A stretch of DNA of 64,000 nucleotides, from contig NC_068997.1 of assembly GCF_001194135.2 (NCBI RefSeq), positions 11,176,662 to 11,240,661 of the forward strand, given 5' to 3'. The position numbers and the translations under genes were made by a program. Shown in pieces: positions 1-15,279 of this stretch (positions are counted from its first letter, which is position 1; each line of letters opens with the position of its first letter). Source of the stretch: Octopus bimaculoides. Lineage: Eukaryota. The notes under the pieces are model-generated. The model was not told the origin of the DNA and did no database searches. It saw only the letters and a list, made by a program, of their open reading frames with translations.

Positions 1-39
1 CCCTGCGAATCTGAGAAAATGCGTACCTAGCACAAATCT

Positions 40-80
40 ATCTGTCTGTCTGTCTGCCTGTCTGTCTGTCTGCCTGTCTT

Positions 81-118
<38 letters not shown>

Positions 119-124
119 AGTCAG

Positions 125-183
<59 letters not shown>

Positions 184-184
184 G
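40..184. repeat. Compound (TCTG)n/(TCTA)n tetranucleotide microsatellite
   Basis: Directly visible tandem tctg then tcta units. Confidence 0.97.
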
Positions 185-2371
185 TGTGTATGCGCGTGTG
201 CGTGTTTGCGTGCGTGTGCAAGCGTGTGCGTGCTATGTAAAGATTTTGCCAGTGCTGTATATAAATATATATATATATATATATAAAGTCTCTTTTTTAC
301 ATACCGTATCTTCAGCGCAAAAAATGGGAACCGGCTGGATATGTAACACTATAGGGTATAGGTTTTCATCAGCAAACAAACAAACTAGCAAACTCATTAA
401 ATGACCATTAGTTATGAACCTAGTAAACAACCAAGGTTTCAGTATTGCTTACTGGCATTTAGATTAGCTTTACCTTCTAAGTTCACAATGCTTCGAGGGC
501 AACATTTCCTTTCCTTATCTCGGGTTCGTTATAAATAAGTACGAATCAGGTTCTGCAATTTAGGAAATCAACTAACCTTCTCACACCAAATGTCAGGCCA
601 TTTGCCTCCAATAGAAAGATTTACTTATAAACGTGCTACAATTAAGCCTTTAATAAAAATCACTTTACTTACACAAGCGACTCAGCGGATTGATGTCATC
701 ATGAAAGAAATGTAAGTAATGATGAAATTTGAACACATACAAAACATTTTTCAACTTATATTAAACAGAAACTTCGTAATCTTTATATTAATAACGATAA
801 AGATGATGATTGCATTCTGAGGTTTATGGATATAATATGACTTCAATAGCGAAGTAGAACCCACGCGAAATCGTTCAGTTCTTAAACTCTATATTTATAT
901 CTTCTTCGGAAATCATCTCTCAATCGGCGTTCATAAAAAAAATTTTTCATTAAGAATTTCATTACATACAACCATGTTGTCTTTCCTTGATGCGGGAAAT
1001 ACATGCAGAAATCTAATTTTGTTGAATACAAATATACAAGTGTGTATTATATTACTTATGAAAACTATAAAATGTCACAAACTTTAGAATAGTGACAGGG
1101 ATTAATTCCGAACGTACTTGGAATTTACATTTCCTCACTCTGTGAACATGCAATATAAATGGTAGTGTAATAAATATGAGAACATTATTAAAAAATTCTA
1201 ATTTAATAGAAATGCATAGCTATCATTTCAGCACAATATACTCTCATACTATATTTTTTATTTGTTATCGAATAACGCAATGTTCAATTTATTTTATCTC
1301 CTGTTCAATCGTTTTGAACAAATTTTGTATAGTCAATGGAGTTTAGAAATAGAGAACTTATTTATAAATATTTATTTAATTATTGCCTAAAATCTACATG
1401 AAAAAGTGCGTATTTGTGAATGTGTGCCGAAAGATTCTGAGCAAAACACTGGCCAACTCTGGTTAGGTATCTATAATAAAGAAAACACTGACAACTGGAA
1501 TTGCTGCCATATAAGGTATGCGCTGCTTACCTGGAAAACCTTTACCGTATTACATCCTTGACACAAAATATCACAAAATTCCATGCCGTAATCAATAATC
1601 CCTCCGATTATATTTTATCTGGATTTTCTGTATCGAATGCACTCTCATTCTAAGAACTTCATCAAGCATTTTCTAAGTGCCTTGTCACATATAATTATTT
1701 ATGAAAAAATCAACATGTCGAATAACCGTGAAAAGGTTTCTGTTCGTTTATCCAATGCAAAGAGCATTGAAAGTTTACATTTATCACATTTCATTTATAC
1801 GCCATTGCTCATTACAGGGATAAGCGAGACAAAGCATTCCCGAAATTAAATCATAAAATTAGACATCAAAGATACGGCGTAGATATATAGCGATGATCAG
1901 GTTAATCATCCTTCAAGTTCATTTTCAATCCCCAGTGAAGTTACACGTAATTTACTGAAAAGATTTCCACTCTTATTAACATCTGCAGACTCCTTTATTT
2001 TTTATGTCACAGTTGACCACTTGGGAGGAAGTAAACTGAGAACTTCTCATGTTAGTCACTTACTATACCGTCCTCCTACAATTGTCTACAATTTTGACAC
2101 TGGCTATTTTGAAAAAAAATCATTTGTTAATTTCCTTTTGAGTATATATATAGATATATGCAATTGACAAAATTTGGAGTCAATAAGAAATACGGCTGGA
2201 CACTTAGTTTCAATCACTACAATTGTTTCTACGGAACGTCGTTCTCCAGTCGTGCAGATGCTTGATTATGCGACCGTTTTCCTGCATGTTTTCCAGTTAT
2301 GTATTCACACACGGCAGAAGCCCTAATACAAACCTGGAAGTACATATAATACTACTACTGGAAAGCACAGG

Positions 2372-2910
2372 GTGAAATCTGAAGGTGGACGAGCTTTAGT
2401 GTGTGCTAATTTCTTAACAGAATATGCTGCAACGATATATATATATATANNNNNNNNNNNNNNNNNNNNNNNNNNNNNNNNNNNNNNNNNNNNNNNNNNN
2501 NNNNNNNNNNNNNNNNNNNNNNNNNNNNNNNNNNNNNNNNNNNNNNNNNNNNNNNNNNNNNNNNNNNNNNNNNNATATATATAATAGATAAGGAGGTGTT
2601 TGAAACGTTGGCCATCACAGACCCTTGACTTTAATCCTATTGAAAACGTACAGTAGATACTTGGCGATAAGATTAGAGACCACCAATCTGCAAAAGTTAA
2701 GATTTTGTGCGAACAATTCAGGATGAGCGGGATAAAGTTACATCAGAATAATGTGGGAAATTGGTCAAATCCTGTGCAAGGAAATATGCTGAAGTCTTAA
2801 AGATATCGAAATGTACATATCTTATTAATATATTGATGTGGATTGTAAAAAAAGTCTGGCAGGATTTTGATTTCTTGAATTTTACCTCATGTGTTCTCTA
2901 ATTTTTTCCA
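2372..2910 (+). mobile_element. Degenerate Tc1 (DD34E-type) transposase fragment interrupted by a (TA)n-flanked gap
   Basis: After the gap it translates WPSQTLDFNPIENV*..LGDKI and DKVTSE*CGKLVKSCARKYAEV, matching the Tc1 C-terminal WPxQSPDLNPIENLW...KLVxSC motif. Before the gap, VKSEGGRALVCANF resembles VKHGGGSVMVWGCF (weaker). Confidence 0.7.
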
Positions 2911-4329
2911 TCTCATATTTTTCAAATTCAAATTTGTTTCTATTGCAAAATATTTAGTTAGTAATCACTTCCTACAAAAAATAATGAACATAATTTATAG
3001 TTTATACACTAAAAATCCCATTCCGAAAAATGAGGTAGAAATGTAAATATCTGTATTTTCTTCTTTCCGCTCTCCCATTTTGGTATATGTGTGCATATTT
3101 ACACATACGCACACTTATACATACATATGAATATATATACATATACATATATATATATATATATATATANNNNNNNNNNNNNNNNNNNNNNNNNNNNNNN
3201 NNNNNNNNNNNNNNNNNNNNNNNNNNNNNNNNNNNNNNNNNNNNNNNNNNNNNNNNNNNNNNNNNNNNNNNNNNNNNNNNNNNNNNNNNNNNNNNNNNNN
3301 NNNNNNNNNNNNNNNNNNNNCTTCCGATCTTATATATATTCAGTAGGCGCGTGAAAGCGATCACTACACATGGTAAAAAATAGATATCGTTAATTCGATG
3401 CAGAAAGGAACTAAAAAAAATATTGACAGAAAAGGAGATTGCCGATTTTCTGCATAACAATAAATAGTCATGCAAGTCTGTACGTTTTCACAATATTATC
3501 ATCTTATTTTCGGTTATTGGAAATAAAGAATCAAGTTTGAGGAGCATATTAATGTTAATTTACCCTAAAACTGCCATTTTGGTAATTAATGAGAGAATTA
3601 AACGTGCCATGATCTTCAGTTTTGAAAGATAATTTAAAATTAAAAGGAAATAATGAATTTGAAAAATGATAAAATAGAGTAGACTATACCCTTGACGGAT
3701 GAGACAAAAAATGATTGGAGGAATGGAAAATTATATTTTATATAATGATGTGTCATAACGATAAACTTTCCAGAAACTTGATATTGTTAACGTTTCTTTG
3801 CGTGGGAATAAATTGTAATTATTTTGTATATTTTTCCCACACAATACATTGGCTGCAATTTGGCAGAATGGTTCGAGCATATTATAAATTCTTTATTGCA
3901 TCTCTTGTACGGAGTTCAAATCTCTTATTAAAGTTTTTTTTCTAGATTGTCAGAATTAAAAAATTATATGAGTGAGGCATTAACAGAATTATTAGTGCGT
4001 TGGAAACATGCTTCACTCTATTTGGTCCGACTCACCACCTGCTAAACTTTTGGGCAAATGTAAACCATCAACATCCTGTTTAACTCTGCTTCACATTAAG
4101 TTATTGTGACTTTATCTCCGTTGTATTTTTCTTCTTGTCTTCTCTCCTGATGAAACGTCATCCTCTTAAATGACGACTGACACACGATCTTGTTCTCAGG
4201 TTGCTAAACGGTGAAATGAATTATTTTTCAAGCAGGTCAAACTGGGTGGCTGTTTTTTAACAAACTTGGTAGTTTTTTTAGCATACCATTATTAAACAAT
4301 CCTTATTCAGGGACTTTTTCAGCGGGATG

Positions 4330-4560
4330 GGCCACTCAACCTGGAGAAAATACTAACTGAGCCTCACCTGCAAGGCCATGCACTGTTAATCTTGATATGA
4401 GACCACCATGTCGAGCACATATGTTTGTAATGCATGTGTCTGGTGTCCCCTTATCAGACGGGCAGTCATGATGGGTGTACTGGGCTTCGTATATTTTACG
4501 ACAGTGACACTTTGATGGCATGCATTGTTCTCTCAATTAATAATGATAATAATGATGTTG
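4330..4560 (+). mobile_element. 3' tail of a non-LTR retroelement-like interspersed repeat ending in AAT-rich units
   Basis: GC-richer island ending ...ttgatggcatgcattgttctctcaattaataatgataataatg. It resembles a repeat tail I recall from octopus; family not verified. Confidence 0.45.
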
Positions 4561-4569
4561 ATGACAATG

Positions 4570-4753
4570 GACTCTCCCGTAAAAGATGAAGTATGAGCAT
4601 TCAACATTCGCTGAACAACCTGCACACGTGATTTGTTTATAGTGATCAAATGTTTGTGTTTTGCTCAAGAACACAACGCAGCACCGAGTCTAGAAAGCAC
4701 AATCCCGCAATCGTAAGTACAACTCCTTAATGATTAGGCCATGCGCTTTCACA
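4570..4753 (-). mobile_element. Degenerate tRNA-derived SINE
   Basis: Minus strand reads gtgaaagcgcatggcctaatcattaagg (A-box-like) ... gtgttcttgagcaaaacac (CORE-like segment). Confidence 0.55.
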
Positions 4754-4754
<1 letters not shown>

Positions 4755-4792
<38 letters not shown>

Positions 4793-4810
4793 TTGATGAT
4801 GATGATGATG

Positions 4811-4876
<66 letters not shown>
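4755..4876. repeat. Compound (GAT)n(AAT)n trinucleotide microsatellite running into a gap
   Basis: Directly visible; explains the poly-D/N/M/I ORFs in the track. Confidence 0.97.
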
Positions 4877-5530
4877 NNNNNNNNNNNNNNNNNNNNNNNN
4901 NNNNNNNNNNNNNNNNNNNNNNNNNNNNNNNNNNNNNNNNNNNNNNNNNNNNNNNNNNNNNNNNNNNNNNNNNNNNNNNNNNNNNNNNNNNNNNNNNNNN
5001 NNNNNNNNNNNNNNNNNNNNNNNNNNNNNNNNNNNNNNNNNNNNNNNNNNNNNNNNNNNNNNNNNNNNNNNNNNNNNNNNNNNNNNNNNNNNNNNNNNNN
5101 NNNNNNNNNNNNNNNNNNNNNNNNNNNNNNNNNNNNNNNNNNNNNNNNNNNNNNNNNNNNNNNNNNNNNNNNNNNNNNNNNNNNNNNNNNNNNNNNNNNN
5201 NNNNNNNNNNNNNNNNNNNNNNNNNNNNNNNNNNNNNNNNNNNNNNNNNNNNNNNNNNNNNNNNNNNNNNNNNNNNNNNNNNNNNNNNNNNNNNNNNNNN
5301 NNNNNNNNNNNNNNNNNNNNNNNNNNNNNNNNNNNNNNNNNNNNNNNNNNNNNNNNNNNNNNNNNNNNNNNNNNNNNNNNNNNNNNNNNNNNNNNNNNNN
5401 NNNNNNNNNNNNNNNNNNNNNNNNNNNNNNNNNNNNNNNNNNNNNNNNNNNNNNNNNNNNNNNNNNNNNNNNNNNNNNNNNNNNNNNNNNNNNNNNNNNN
5501 NNNNNNNNNNNNNNNNNNNNNNNNNNNNNN

Positions 5531-5564
<34 letters not shown>

Positions 5565-8292
5565 GGAGCAAAAACGCAATATAGGACATTTAAACATTCA
5601 GTCAGATTATTTCGGGCAGTCACACTTGAGATGGTTCGATCTGGTTGTCCCCCAAAATGTCTAAGCTAAGAGTATTAGACCCCTGTGTAAGAAAGCTACC
5701 GAATGTGCGCAGAAACAAAGACGAAAGAACAAGCAGACAAAAAATTAAACAAGGATTGTACAGAATTACGAATACAAACAACAAGGAAATAGCAACAGGT
5801 GCCTTTCTACTGAGAACGAATCAAATTGAATTGTTCTGTATAAACACAAGTTTTAAAAACTACTATGATTCCTTCAAAACATTATGACACTTTCACTCCT
5901 TCTTTGATTAAACCTGTTGGCGTATCTCGGTATTGTAAATGTTTTTTTTAATTATTTATCCACCCTATAAGCCCCATAGAAAAAAAATAACCCATGAATT
6001 ACTATTTTAAGTTTAGTCATTTACTGAATGTCCCAAAGTGACACATAAGCGAAATGGTATGATTTAAACATTTTCAGGCTCTCCTTTTCCTCTCTAGGCT
6101 CCTCTTCTTTTCTTTTCTTTTACGTATGTATTTTTCTTCACTCTAATGAAGCCCCATGTTCCAGATTTGTTTTATTACCAAATATGGTGAATATACCTTT
6201 TTAGCATATCAATGGCAATACCATATAACATTGAAGCATAAACGGCTGTTAGATGTGATGCAGTCTATTTGTATTGAATTAAAAAAATAATTCAGGTAAG
6301 TCAATTATTGTTGGTCAATATTTCTCCATTTGCTGTTACCTTTATATATACATATATATTGAACACACATTTTTCGGTGTGTGCGCTTGTCCGTAAGCGT
6401 GCAATCACGAAATGTTTTAGTCATTTTTATGTCTTGTCTTCAATACAGTTTTAAAATGCTTAGCTGTTATTTCCCCCAACTTTTTTTAACGTTGTTTTCA
6501 TGTCCACTACAGCAGTGTCATACACTTTCTCTCTCAAGGTATCCTTTCATTTGCATTTAAATGGAAATATTGTTTATTTATATGTTTTAAACACCTATAG
6601 ATGTATTCATGTATCAAACGTAATTCTAATCTAATCGACATTTCTTATTTGGAGTTTAAATAAAGTTATCGTTTCTTTATCGCCATCTGCTACACCGGAT
6701 TTAGCTTATTTTCTTTATTAGACCCCCGAGCCACTTTGATGGTCTATATCTACCTAAAAAGAAACTAGAATTATATGAATATTTATTTATATAAACATTT
6801 TTATTTTGGTGACAATTACATTACTATGTGTCAGCGTGATTGTCGGTTACTTTGCTTAGGGCCAATTTATATAAAGATTGTTTTCTAAACTCTCATGATA
6901 TTTGTTTGTGCATTCGTTTGTTTATTTGTTTCGACAGGCCGTTTTTTTATCATGTGAGTGTGAAAGATAAAGGAAGGTGACCCACTCACAAGTATTATTT
7001 TTGTTATTAATAAAAATGAAAGTTCGACTGATAAGCAAGAAAAACAGTATCGGCATATATAGTGCGGTATAGGAATGAGGGTACTGTGAAGAACTTTATT
7101 AATTTGCCCCGAATTATTTTTTATTTCATAACGTTGCGTTACGGATTCTCAATATCATTTTCAATTTTGTTTCTCCAGAAGCTATGAAATACTTGTACTT
7201 TAGAAGAATTTGATCGATTTTATCAGTGCTTTCTATAATCCGATGCTTTTCTATAATTTAAGAAGCCAATATTTAAGTAGAAGACTAGCTGTGTAGATCA
7301 GTAGTTGGAAGTTCAATAAAGAGAACGTAACAGAAAGCAAAACAAGATTCCCTTTCTTCTTTGAAGTTACTTATTTTCACTCGTTTTTTTTTTAATAATC
7401 ATTCGAATATCATAACTGTTCCGATTTAACATATTTATGTGGAAATTATGCTTGAACAAACAAATACACACAAATGAAAAATATGAAATAGAATGGTTAT
7501 AGTTATGATTTGAAGCTGAGAAGAATATCCATAAATTGGATGTATATGTAAGAACAGTTAGGATATAGGATAAAAATACAGGTTAGTATATACATACATG
7601 CGAACACACAGACACTTATAACTACACAAATACATACACACTCTGCTCTGTATACCACGCAACATAATAAATATTCCAAAATAACTAAAATATAGGGAAT
7701 CGTATTAAGTGCTATAGAGCAAGGATTTGTCTCATTCACTAATACATGCTAATTTAACGTTTGTCTAAAAATGACTACGAGGCCTCACATTTTAAGCTGT
7801 ATATATGTGCATTTTGAAGAGATTAATGATTATTTTAGAGCTGGTGTGAGTCGCTGCATCGACAGATCAAAAGGTGTCTTTATGTGGGATTTTTTTTAGA
7901 TGTCACACCAAAAATAACTCATCTTGACATAGTGATATTGAATTGTAATATATATTCCATTTACACTCCTTCAGTATTATTTCTAAATGATATTGAACGT
8001 ATTCCGTTCGTTTATCCACTTACTAAGTTTTCATCCATATTTATAGCCCAAATGATCGGTGAGCTTTTGCCTGTAGCCCTTACCCTAAAATCATTAACTC
8101 TTCCGCTATTGTTATCCGATCTTTAAAAAGTAGCGTTTGTTATATGCATCCATCTCTGTCTGTCTCTCTCTTTCTCTCTCTCTCTCTNNNNNNNNNNNNN
8201 NNNNNNNNNNNNNNNNNNNNNNNNNNNNNNNNNNNNNNNNNNNNNNNNNNNNNNNNNNNNNNNNNNNNNNNNNNNNNNNNNNNNNNNNNNNN

Positions 8293-8326
<34 letters not shown>

Positions 8327-10239
8327 CACACTCTGACACACATATAAATATATACATACACATATACATACATACGTAACACTAAAGCTTATTCCTTTCA
8401 ATATAATATAAAGCCGTCGTTGTCCCCATGCCCAATACCTTGTTCAGGGCAAAATTAAATCAGGGTTGTGCTTTATTCTTTCTGAAGATATGTTGCTACT
8501 TTATTTTCTCAAGTAAAATTCATGCAGACCACTAACTGATTGCCAAAGTAGGTTGAACTATTTTAGTATAGAACATGATTCTATAAAGTATACATACATC
8601 AAAACGTCGTAAACTTCGACTCAGAAAATACAGAAATAGATATAAGAAGGCAAAGTTCATATGAAACATATATTGTAATGTATCCAGTGTCAAAGGTTTA
8701 GCATGTGTCAGAGCTAATTCCTGTCTTCCGCTAAATTTACGTGGTACCGAATATTTGTTAAAATGTTAGGAAGGAAAATTTCTTTTCTTGGCGCGTGCAA
8801 AAAATATGAATGGTATTCATAGAATAAAAATTTAATAATTTATGTTATTGAATGAAACCATATGTCGATCGGTTGGCATAAGTTTGGCAGAAATGACTTT
8901 CACTAGTTTTCTCATTCGCTAAAAATAAAACAAAAGCATTGAAGTATTTTAATCTGCTTTTTTTTTCTATTTCTTTGTTATTTATTGCTCTACGTATTTG
9001 TGGAACTGATCTAGCAGTGTTGATTAAAGTATGTAATCGTTTTACTGTAAAACTATGAATATTCTCAATGAGTTTCTGTAAACAATACTTAATTTAGATT
9101 GGCATTTTGACGTTATTTTTACGCAACCAAATTTTAACTGTAGAACGATGTATGATGTCAATGCAGCTTCGCATATAAATTCTTCAACTTACTTATGTCG
9201 TCAGTTAAGTATGAATTTAATAATATTAATTAATTTCTAATTTTCCTTTAATTTGATAAAATATGCATTACTAATTTTAACCATTCAATTCTATTTACTT
9301 ACATTTCCTACCATCTCACGCTATGTGTTCACTTGCTATCTAAATGTAAATGTTAATTAGAAAAATACGAAAGATATTTTCCCCAGAGTAGGAAGCGATG
9401 CATTACTAGATGTGATTTATGAGGGTTCAATAACTGCTTTGAATATTCTCAATTTCATGTAAACTTCGATCTTTTAGTTAAAGTTAATGGCAACTTGATA
9501 AATCATAATGAAATCAATATTCACATGTCATGATCAAAACTTTTGAGATTCAAACTCCCGGCAGAATTAATCGACAATAAATATTCAATTCACATTTCCT
9601 GTTATTTCCTTTAATTTGAGCCGATAATACTTTGATTACGAAACTACCTATTTAAAATTCTATTTCTGTATTAGTACAAATAAACTCACAATTTCTTTTG
9701 GAATTATGTGGTAGAAACGCTGGTGTATGTATCTCTAATTGACTTGCAATACATTTTATATACTTAACGTTTATGATCAATAGTCGGTATCTTATGTCTG
9801 AGAAAGGATACAAAAAATGTTATCCATGTAGTCTACCAAGCTTCTTCCTTATACATTTGTATCATTATAAGAAAAACAGCACCCAGTTTTGACTAATCAT
9901 GTTCTCTGTTTCTTATTTATTTTTCACAGTTTCTAAATTTTCCTTTGGAAACATTTTTTACATACATTGAATGAACTCCCAGATATTTGATATTCACTGT
10001 AGATATTTACTGTTTATTTTCCTCTTTAATGTTTGTATTTGAGTTTCACCGTATACTTTTACTGTCCGTATTATAATCTTGGTTCTGCCAAAGATACATA
10101 TGAATTATGTGTTGTACTACACAAGCCGCAAGTAACACCGCCACCTAGTTCTTGTATATACTGAGGAGCATCTCAAAGTTTGAAAACATGTTGACCAATG
10201 TCTGAGAATTTCCTCTGTATAGATAATGAAAACTATATA

Positions 10240-10433
10240 CGCGGAGGTACTGAAATGTTACTTGCTTTGATTAACAGAAAATAAAGGAGGATCAGTTAAT
10301 TATGATTTTATTCAAGATATTCACTTCTCACTTAGCGCATCAGTCCTTCACATTTTCTAAGCCCTGTAATAGAAGTTGGATATTTGGGCCTTTCGAAATA
10401 CCCTTAAAGCCAGGAACTTTTCAGCACCACTCG
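10240..10433. mobile_element. Mariner-derived MITE (about 194 bp) with TA target duplication
   Basis: Left end ta|cgcggaggtactgaaatgttacttgcttt and right end aaagccaggaacttttcagcaccactcg|ta are imperfect ~29-bp inverted repeats of mariner TIR type. Confidence 0.75.
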
Positions 10434-10600
10434 TATGGAAGATGTTACAATAAAAATTCTTAAATTGCTTCCACCCACCAATCAGTGAGTAGTTGCTTAA
10501 ATCATTAATTTAAAATGCTCTAAATTTAATATCTGATTGCTTAAAACGCAATAGGATCGCATTTCTTTTAATAATAATTTGTGTTCAAAGCAATTAATAA

Positions 10601-10655
10601 CACCGTATTTCAAAATGATCATAAATACCACCGTATTTCAAAATGATCATAAATA
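10601..10655. repeat. 28-bp perfect tandem duplication
   Basis: caccgtatttcaaaatgatcataaata occurs at 10601 and 10629. Confidence 0.95.
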
Positions 10656-13600
10656 TTAGTTTAAACCCTTCTACTATTTCTAAATATGCATTTCAATTAA
10701 AAGCTAAAATCTTTTAGACTGGCTTTGTAAAAAGAAAAAAAAAACAATAATGCGTTAATCAGGAATATATTAATGTAGAGTTAGGAAAACAATAGAACGT
10801 TCTTCTACAAATCTACAATAACATTTGAAACAATAGAAAATGCAATGTAAATCTGAAATATAAAACTTACACAATTTCTATCAATAACAATGAAATGTCA
10901 TTAACCACTAGAATTCATTATAGCTCCCGAAATAACTATTATTATATTTATGAACGAAAGTAAAAAAAAACAAACTGAAAGGCAAAATATTCACCTATGG
11001 TTTATATAATAATTGTCATGTAATGTTGTTGAAATAAAATATGTGACATTTAAATATCTGCTTTCAACCATTATTTTAGCTGACTTTTATATATTCATTC
11101 CACTAGGATTTACTGCATTGTGCTAATCATTGGAGTCTAATGTTGTGTTAACAATTTCACTCTTAATTATTGTTGCGATATTTGTAATGCTTATAAATCA
11201 TTTCTCAAAATAGATATTATTATATTTATATCTCCTATATTTTTTCTTTTGTTTATATTTTGTGCGCTCTCAGAATCCATATTATTATATGAAAAGCTGG
11301 AATTCATACAAAGAAAAGTAAATACTGAATGCGTTTTGAGTTATAAGAAAGAATGTTTAGGTTTGGTTTGTTTTGAAAAGTTTGGAACTATAGTACTTTA
11401 GATGTTTTCCACCTACTGATTTTGAAGTATTAATGTACGCTAAATTATGCATAATGAAACGCATCTCTGATGAATGAGAAGAAGAATTTCCTTAGAACGG
11501 CAGTTGGTAAATATTTTATATCTTAAAAATAAATATACGGTAGTGATCCAGCATGGTGGCAGCTCTGAGCTGAAGCTACAAACGAAAAATATATATTTTC
11601 ATTATCAACATTCAGAACTTACCTGTAGCTTTTTCTCCTTACTATAGTCCTATCTACTCTATATATTTAAATATTTCCATTAGAAGGATAGTTTATAGTT
11701 TGAATGGATTAATGCATATGTTTGTTGACTATTGTCTTTTTACTAATTAAAAGTATTATCCATAGTTTAACTAATAGGAAATACTTTATATACTTTTGCA
11801 AGAATTTCAGAATTCTTGTAGAGGCTCTACAAGAAGGACCACTGGAAAGATTTTCGATTCTCTAATTGCTACTTGTTCATTGATTTGACTGTGACTAGCA
11901 GAACACCTCCGTACTAAATATAGATATTTAGTAAAATAATTTCCTTGAATTAAATACATGAAATATAGAGAAGTAACTCCGCAAATGTAATGTCATCGAA
12001 TGCAAACTTTTCATATTATTATATGCTTGGTGAATAAAATTTAAGTTCATAAAACAGTAGTTGTTTATTGTAATACTATGGTATTGTACCTAAGCAAAAA
12101 GAAACATCTATCGTGTATTATAGAATATTTTGCAAGTCAAAATACTATTAATAATCGGTGTTTTGCTCTTGTTGAAGCGTTTAAAGTGGATAATCATCAC
12201 ACTTCAATTTGATTCGATGTTAAAAATCATAGGAAATATCGATAGCGATTTTGAAAATATTTTCGACACTTCGGTGTTTTGAAGAAACGTAGAAAATATT
12301 TGTTTTGTGCCGAATTTTAATGACTGAGTTTCACTGAACAATAAAAAAATAAGACATTATACTCAGATAAGTCAAGAATTGTAAACACTATTCCTCTTTA
12401 CCGATAATATAGTGGAATATATTACTGAATAAATATTTACTTTTATAAGTGAAGTATATTATTGATGCTCAATGTATATCATTAAAAGTAGGATCTCAAA
12501 AATCACAGATATTATGTTGTGTTTTATTGTTGTATTATGTTGTATTTTATCTAAGTGCAGACTCTTATTCATGATCACTTCTGTTATAAGGTGATACAGA
12601 TGTATGTTAGAAATAACATTAAAGTTTGTTCCTGAGTTTTATCTAGAACAATTGTGTATACAAGTTCATGCAAGGATTTTATTTAGGTGAGAGTTTATGC
12701 ATTAGTAACAAAGGAAATGAAGCACAGAAATCGCACTCTCATTGAAATGGCGATTACACGGAGGGTTTTAAACCTAAGATCGGCAACGTGACTCGAATGC
12801 TTGCCATAGTCGGGACACAACGCGATACATTCAAAAGAGCAGGAGGTTAAATTAAACTAAGCGGTTGGTTAAGTACCATCCAGGAACAGAAACCACACAG
12901 GCGTACGGATTGCAGTGGAGGATATCTTTACTGAATTTCTTTGAAATGAGGAATGAGGTATTCACTTTCGTGTTGGTCAGATGTTTATGTGCTCCCCCAC
13001 TTTGTACTGGACATTGGCCATTACATTAAAAGGTTACACAAATAAAGACACATTTCGAAAAGATTTTCATTTCTTACGACAGTTTTGCATAACACACAAA
13101 TAATAAATAATTTTAATCTAAACAGACATCACTCCGAATTTAGAGAATTCAATCCTTCTCTTCTAAAATAATTTCATGACCAGGTTATGTGATAAAAAAG
13201 CTGGGTCGTCGTTATTGGTTACGACACTTAACATACATTATTTATCTAAATATATTTATAATGTAATGGAAAAAGGACCTATTAAGAATTTGAATGTGAC
13301 ACTAAATCATACATTTTAAACTACTTATATTATAGAAACAAACTGTATTAGTCTCAGTGTAACGGGCGTCTCACCTCTCTTAAGGCAAATATACAAATTA
13401 TAGTTAGTCGTCGATTTTGATTTTATGGATCATAGCCTTAGTTAATGTGCAAAACCTCCTCGTTCTCTGATCACCATATTACTTCACCGTGGACGATTTC
13501 ACATGAAAATCGGAGATTTTAACCAAACTTTAGTGTCATGAATACATAATCTTCTCGAATGTAAAATTTCCAACTTTTGTTTTGCATTATATTTTCTTAC

Positions 13601-14534
13601 TTGTTTTAATCGTTACTGCAAAAACTTTATCTAAACGACTATGAAACTAAAAACAATATTCAAATTTGTTCACTTGGTTGTAAATAAGAGATGAAGAGAT
13701 AGTTTAATGTATATAATGATGTTAACTCTTATATTCTGAAACAAATGCAAATGTACGTGTTCTCTCTGCTTCACAATTAGGCGTTACATTTACCACCAAA
13801 CTTCGCTCTACTTCTACAGATAAAATAATTATTCAGTTTCCAGTAAATCGATCTCACAAATTCAGGCATGTAAACACTGGAGCAGACTGACGTGAACACG
13901 TGCTCATAAATGAATGCAGATCATCCAAATCCACACGCATGTGTACACCTGAACTATAGTCAGGTTTTTCTCAGGATACATGTAAATGTATGTCAGTGTG
14001 TGTAACTGTATATGAAACGACTGGCGGAATATAAGCTTCAACACACTACTTAACGTTATGTGAAATATATGCAGGTTTTGGCAAATGAAACGGACTACTA
14101 TTAATATTCATATCATCAATCCATTCGCCGTTTACTTTAAAATTCTATTGATCAACAAAGCTAACTTAATATTACATTTATTCACGTATCATTTATCTAT
14201 CCTTAACCATATAAAAACTCTAGTGCGCGAATATATATGCATATACATGTGTGCGTGTGTATGTGTGTGTTTGTGTGTGAGTGTGTGGTGGGGTGAAATC
14301 ATTATCATGTTCGGTTATAATAAAACAATTTCACACTAATCTCCATGGTTACTCCATATTTCCCTCGAGTACGAATTTATTATTCTTAAACACGAATTTA
14401 TAATTGACAGGAACTTTGAGGTATCAGGTTGATAAGTTATCGTCCGAAGATGGCTTGCAAGTTAGTGCCAATATCATTTTTGTTTAAGAATGATTTATAT
14501 ATATATATCGCACACACATACACACATATATATA

Positions 14535-15165
14535 CACCGTGCGATGGGTATTTTGTCGCCGTTTCCTAATTCTAATTTCGTTCATGTGCATTAGTTGTTT
14601 TCGATTTTGTCGACTGCACAGTATAGTAGGGTCAGATGGGCACCGTCTGTGAGAAAAGCAGCACCATTACGCAATTCATAAATTTGGAAATGACATGCTG
14701 TATTGCTTGGTATTCACGACGGAAACTTCAGTACCAACAGCTGGTGAACATACAGAGCAAGCGTTGGCTTGCCCTGTCCCCGAAATATGTGCCGAGAGTG
14801 ATAAATATCAAACACCTAGTCAGGAACATGGTGTCTGGAGTGACAACTAGTGGTGCCGACGTTATGCTGGCATTCATCTTCCTAGACAGTGTCAGACTCA
14901 ATACAGAGGCCTATATCAAGTGCCTGGGGGAGGTAGTGCTGCCCCGGGTCAAGAGGGTGACCGCTGGAAGACAGTATGTCTAACAACAGGACTCTGAGTC
15001 CAGAAGAGTGGTCTGGAGGTCGTGGCTGACCCCAATAGCGATTTTATTGAATATTTTTTTCTTTTAAGTATTTCAAGATATTTTTATGTAATTTTGGTCA
15101 AATGAGATGTCAGTGCTATTTTCAGTTTTGCGTTATGTAGACGACAATTTATTCACCACATCTTG
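14535..15165 (+). mobile_element. Internally deleted DD37D (maT-type) Tc1/mariner element with both ends
   Basis: Translates VSGVTTSGADVMLAFIFLDSVRLNTEAYIKCLGEVVLPRVKRVTAGRQYV*QQDS. TA-flanked ends caccgtgcgatgggta... and ...gacgacaatttattcaccacatcttg. The 5' and 3' flanks align with the copy at 52431-53653. Confidence 0.85.
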
Positions 15166-15168
15166 TAT

Positions 15169-15279
<111 letters not shown>

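Noticed and set aside
4146-4180. ctgatgaaacgtc, a collapsed hammerhead-core look-alike
   Set aside because: Stem II and a separate GAAA are missing and there is no stem I pairing; at best a deleted relic
6165-6295. Possible plus-strand exon (ttccag ... cag|gtaagt)
   Set aside because: The only long frame ends in TAA just before the donor and shows no recognisable homology
10161-10195. CTGAGGA...GAAA-acatgt-tg hammerhead-like words
   Set aside because: Stems I and II do not pair, and the cleavage-site base would be G
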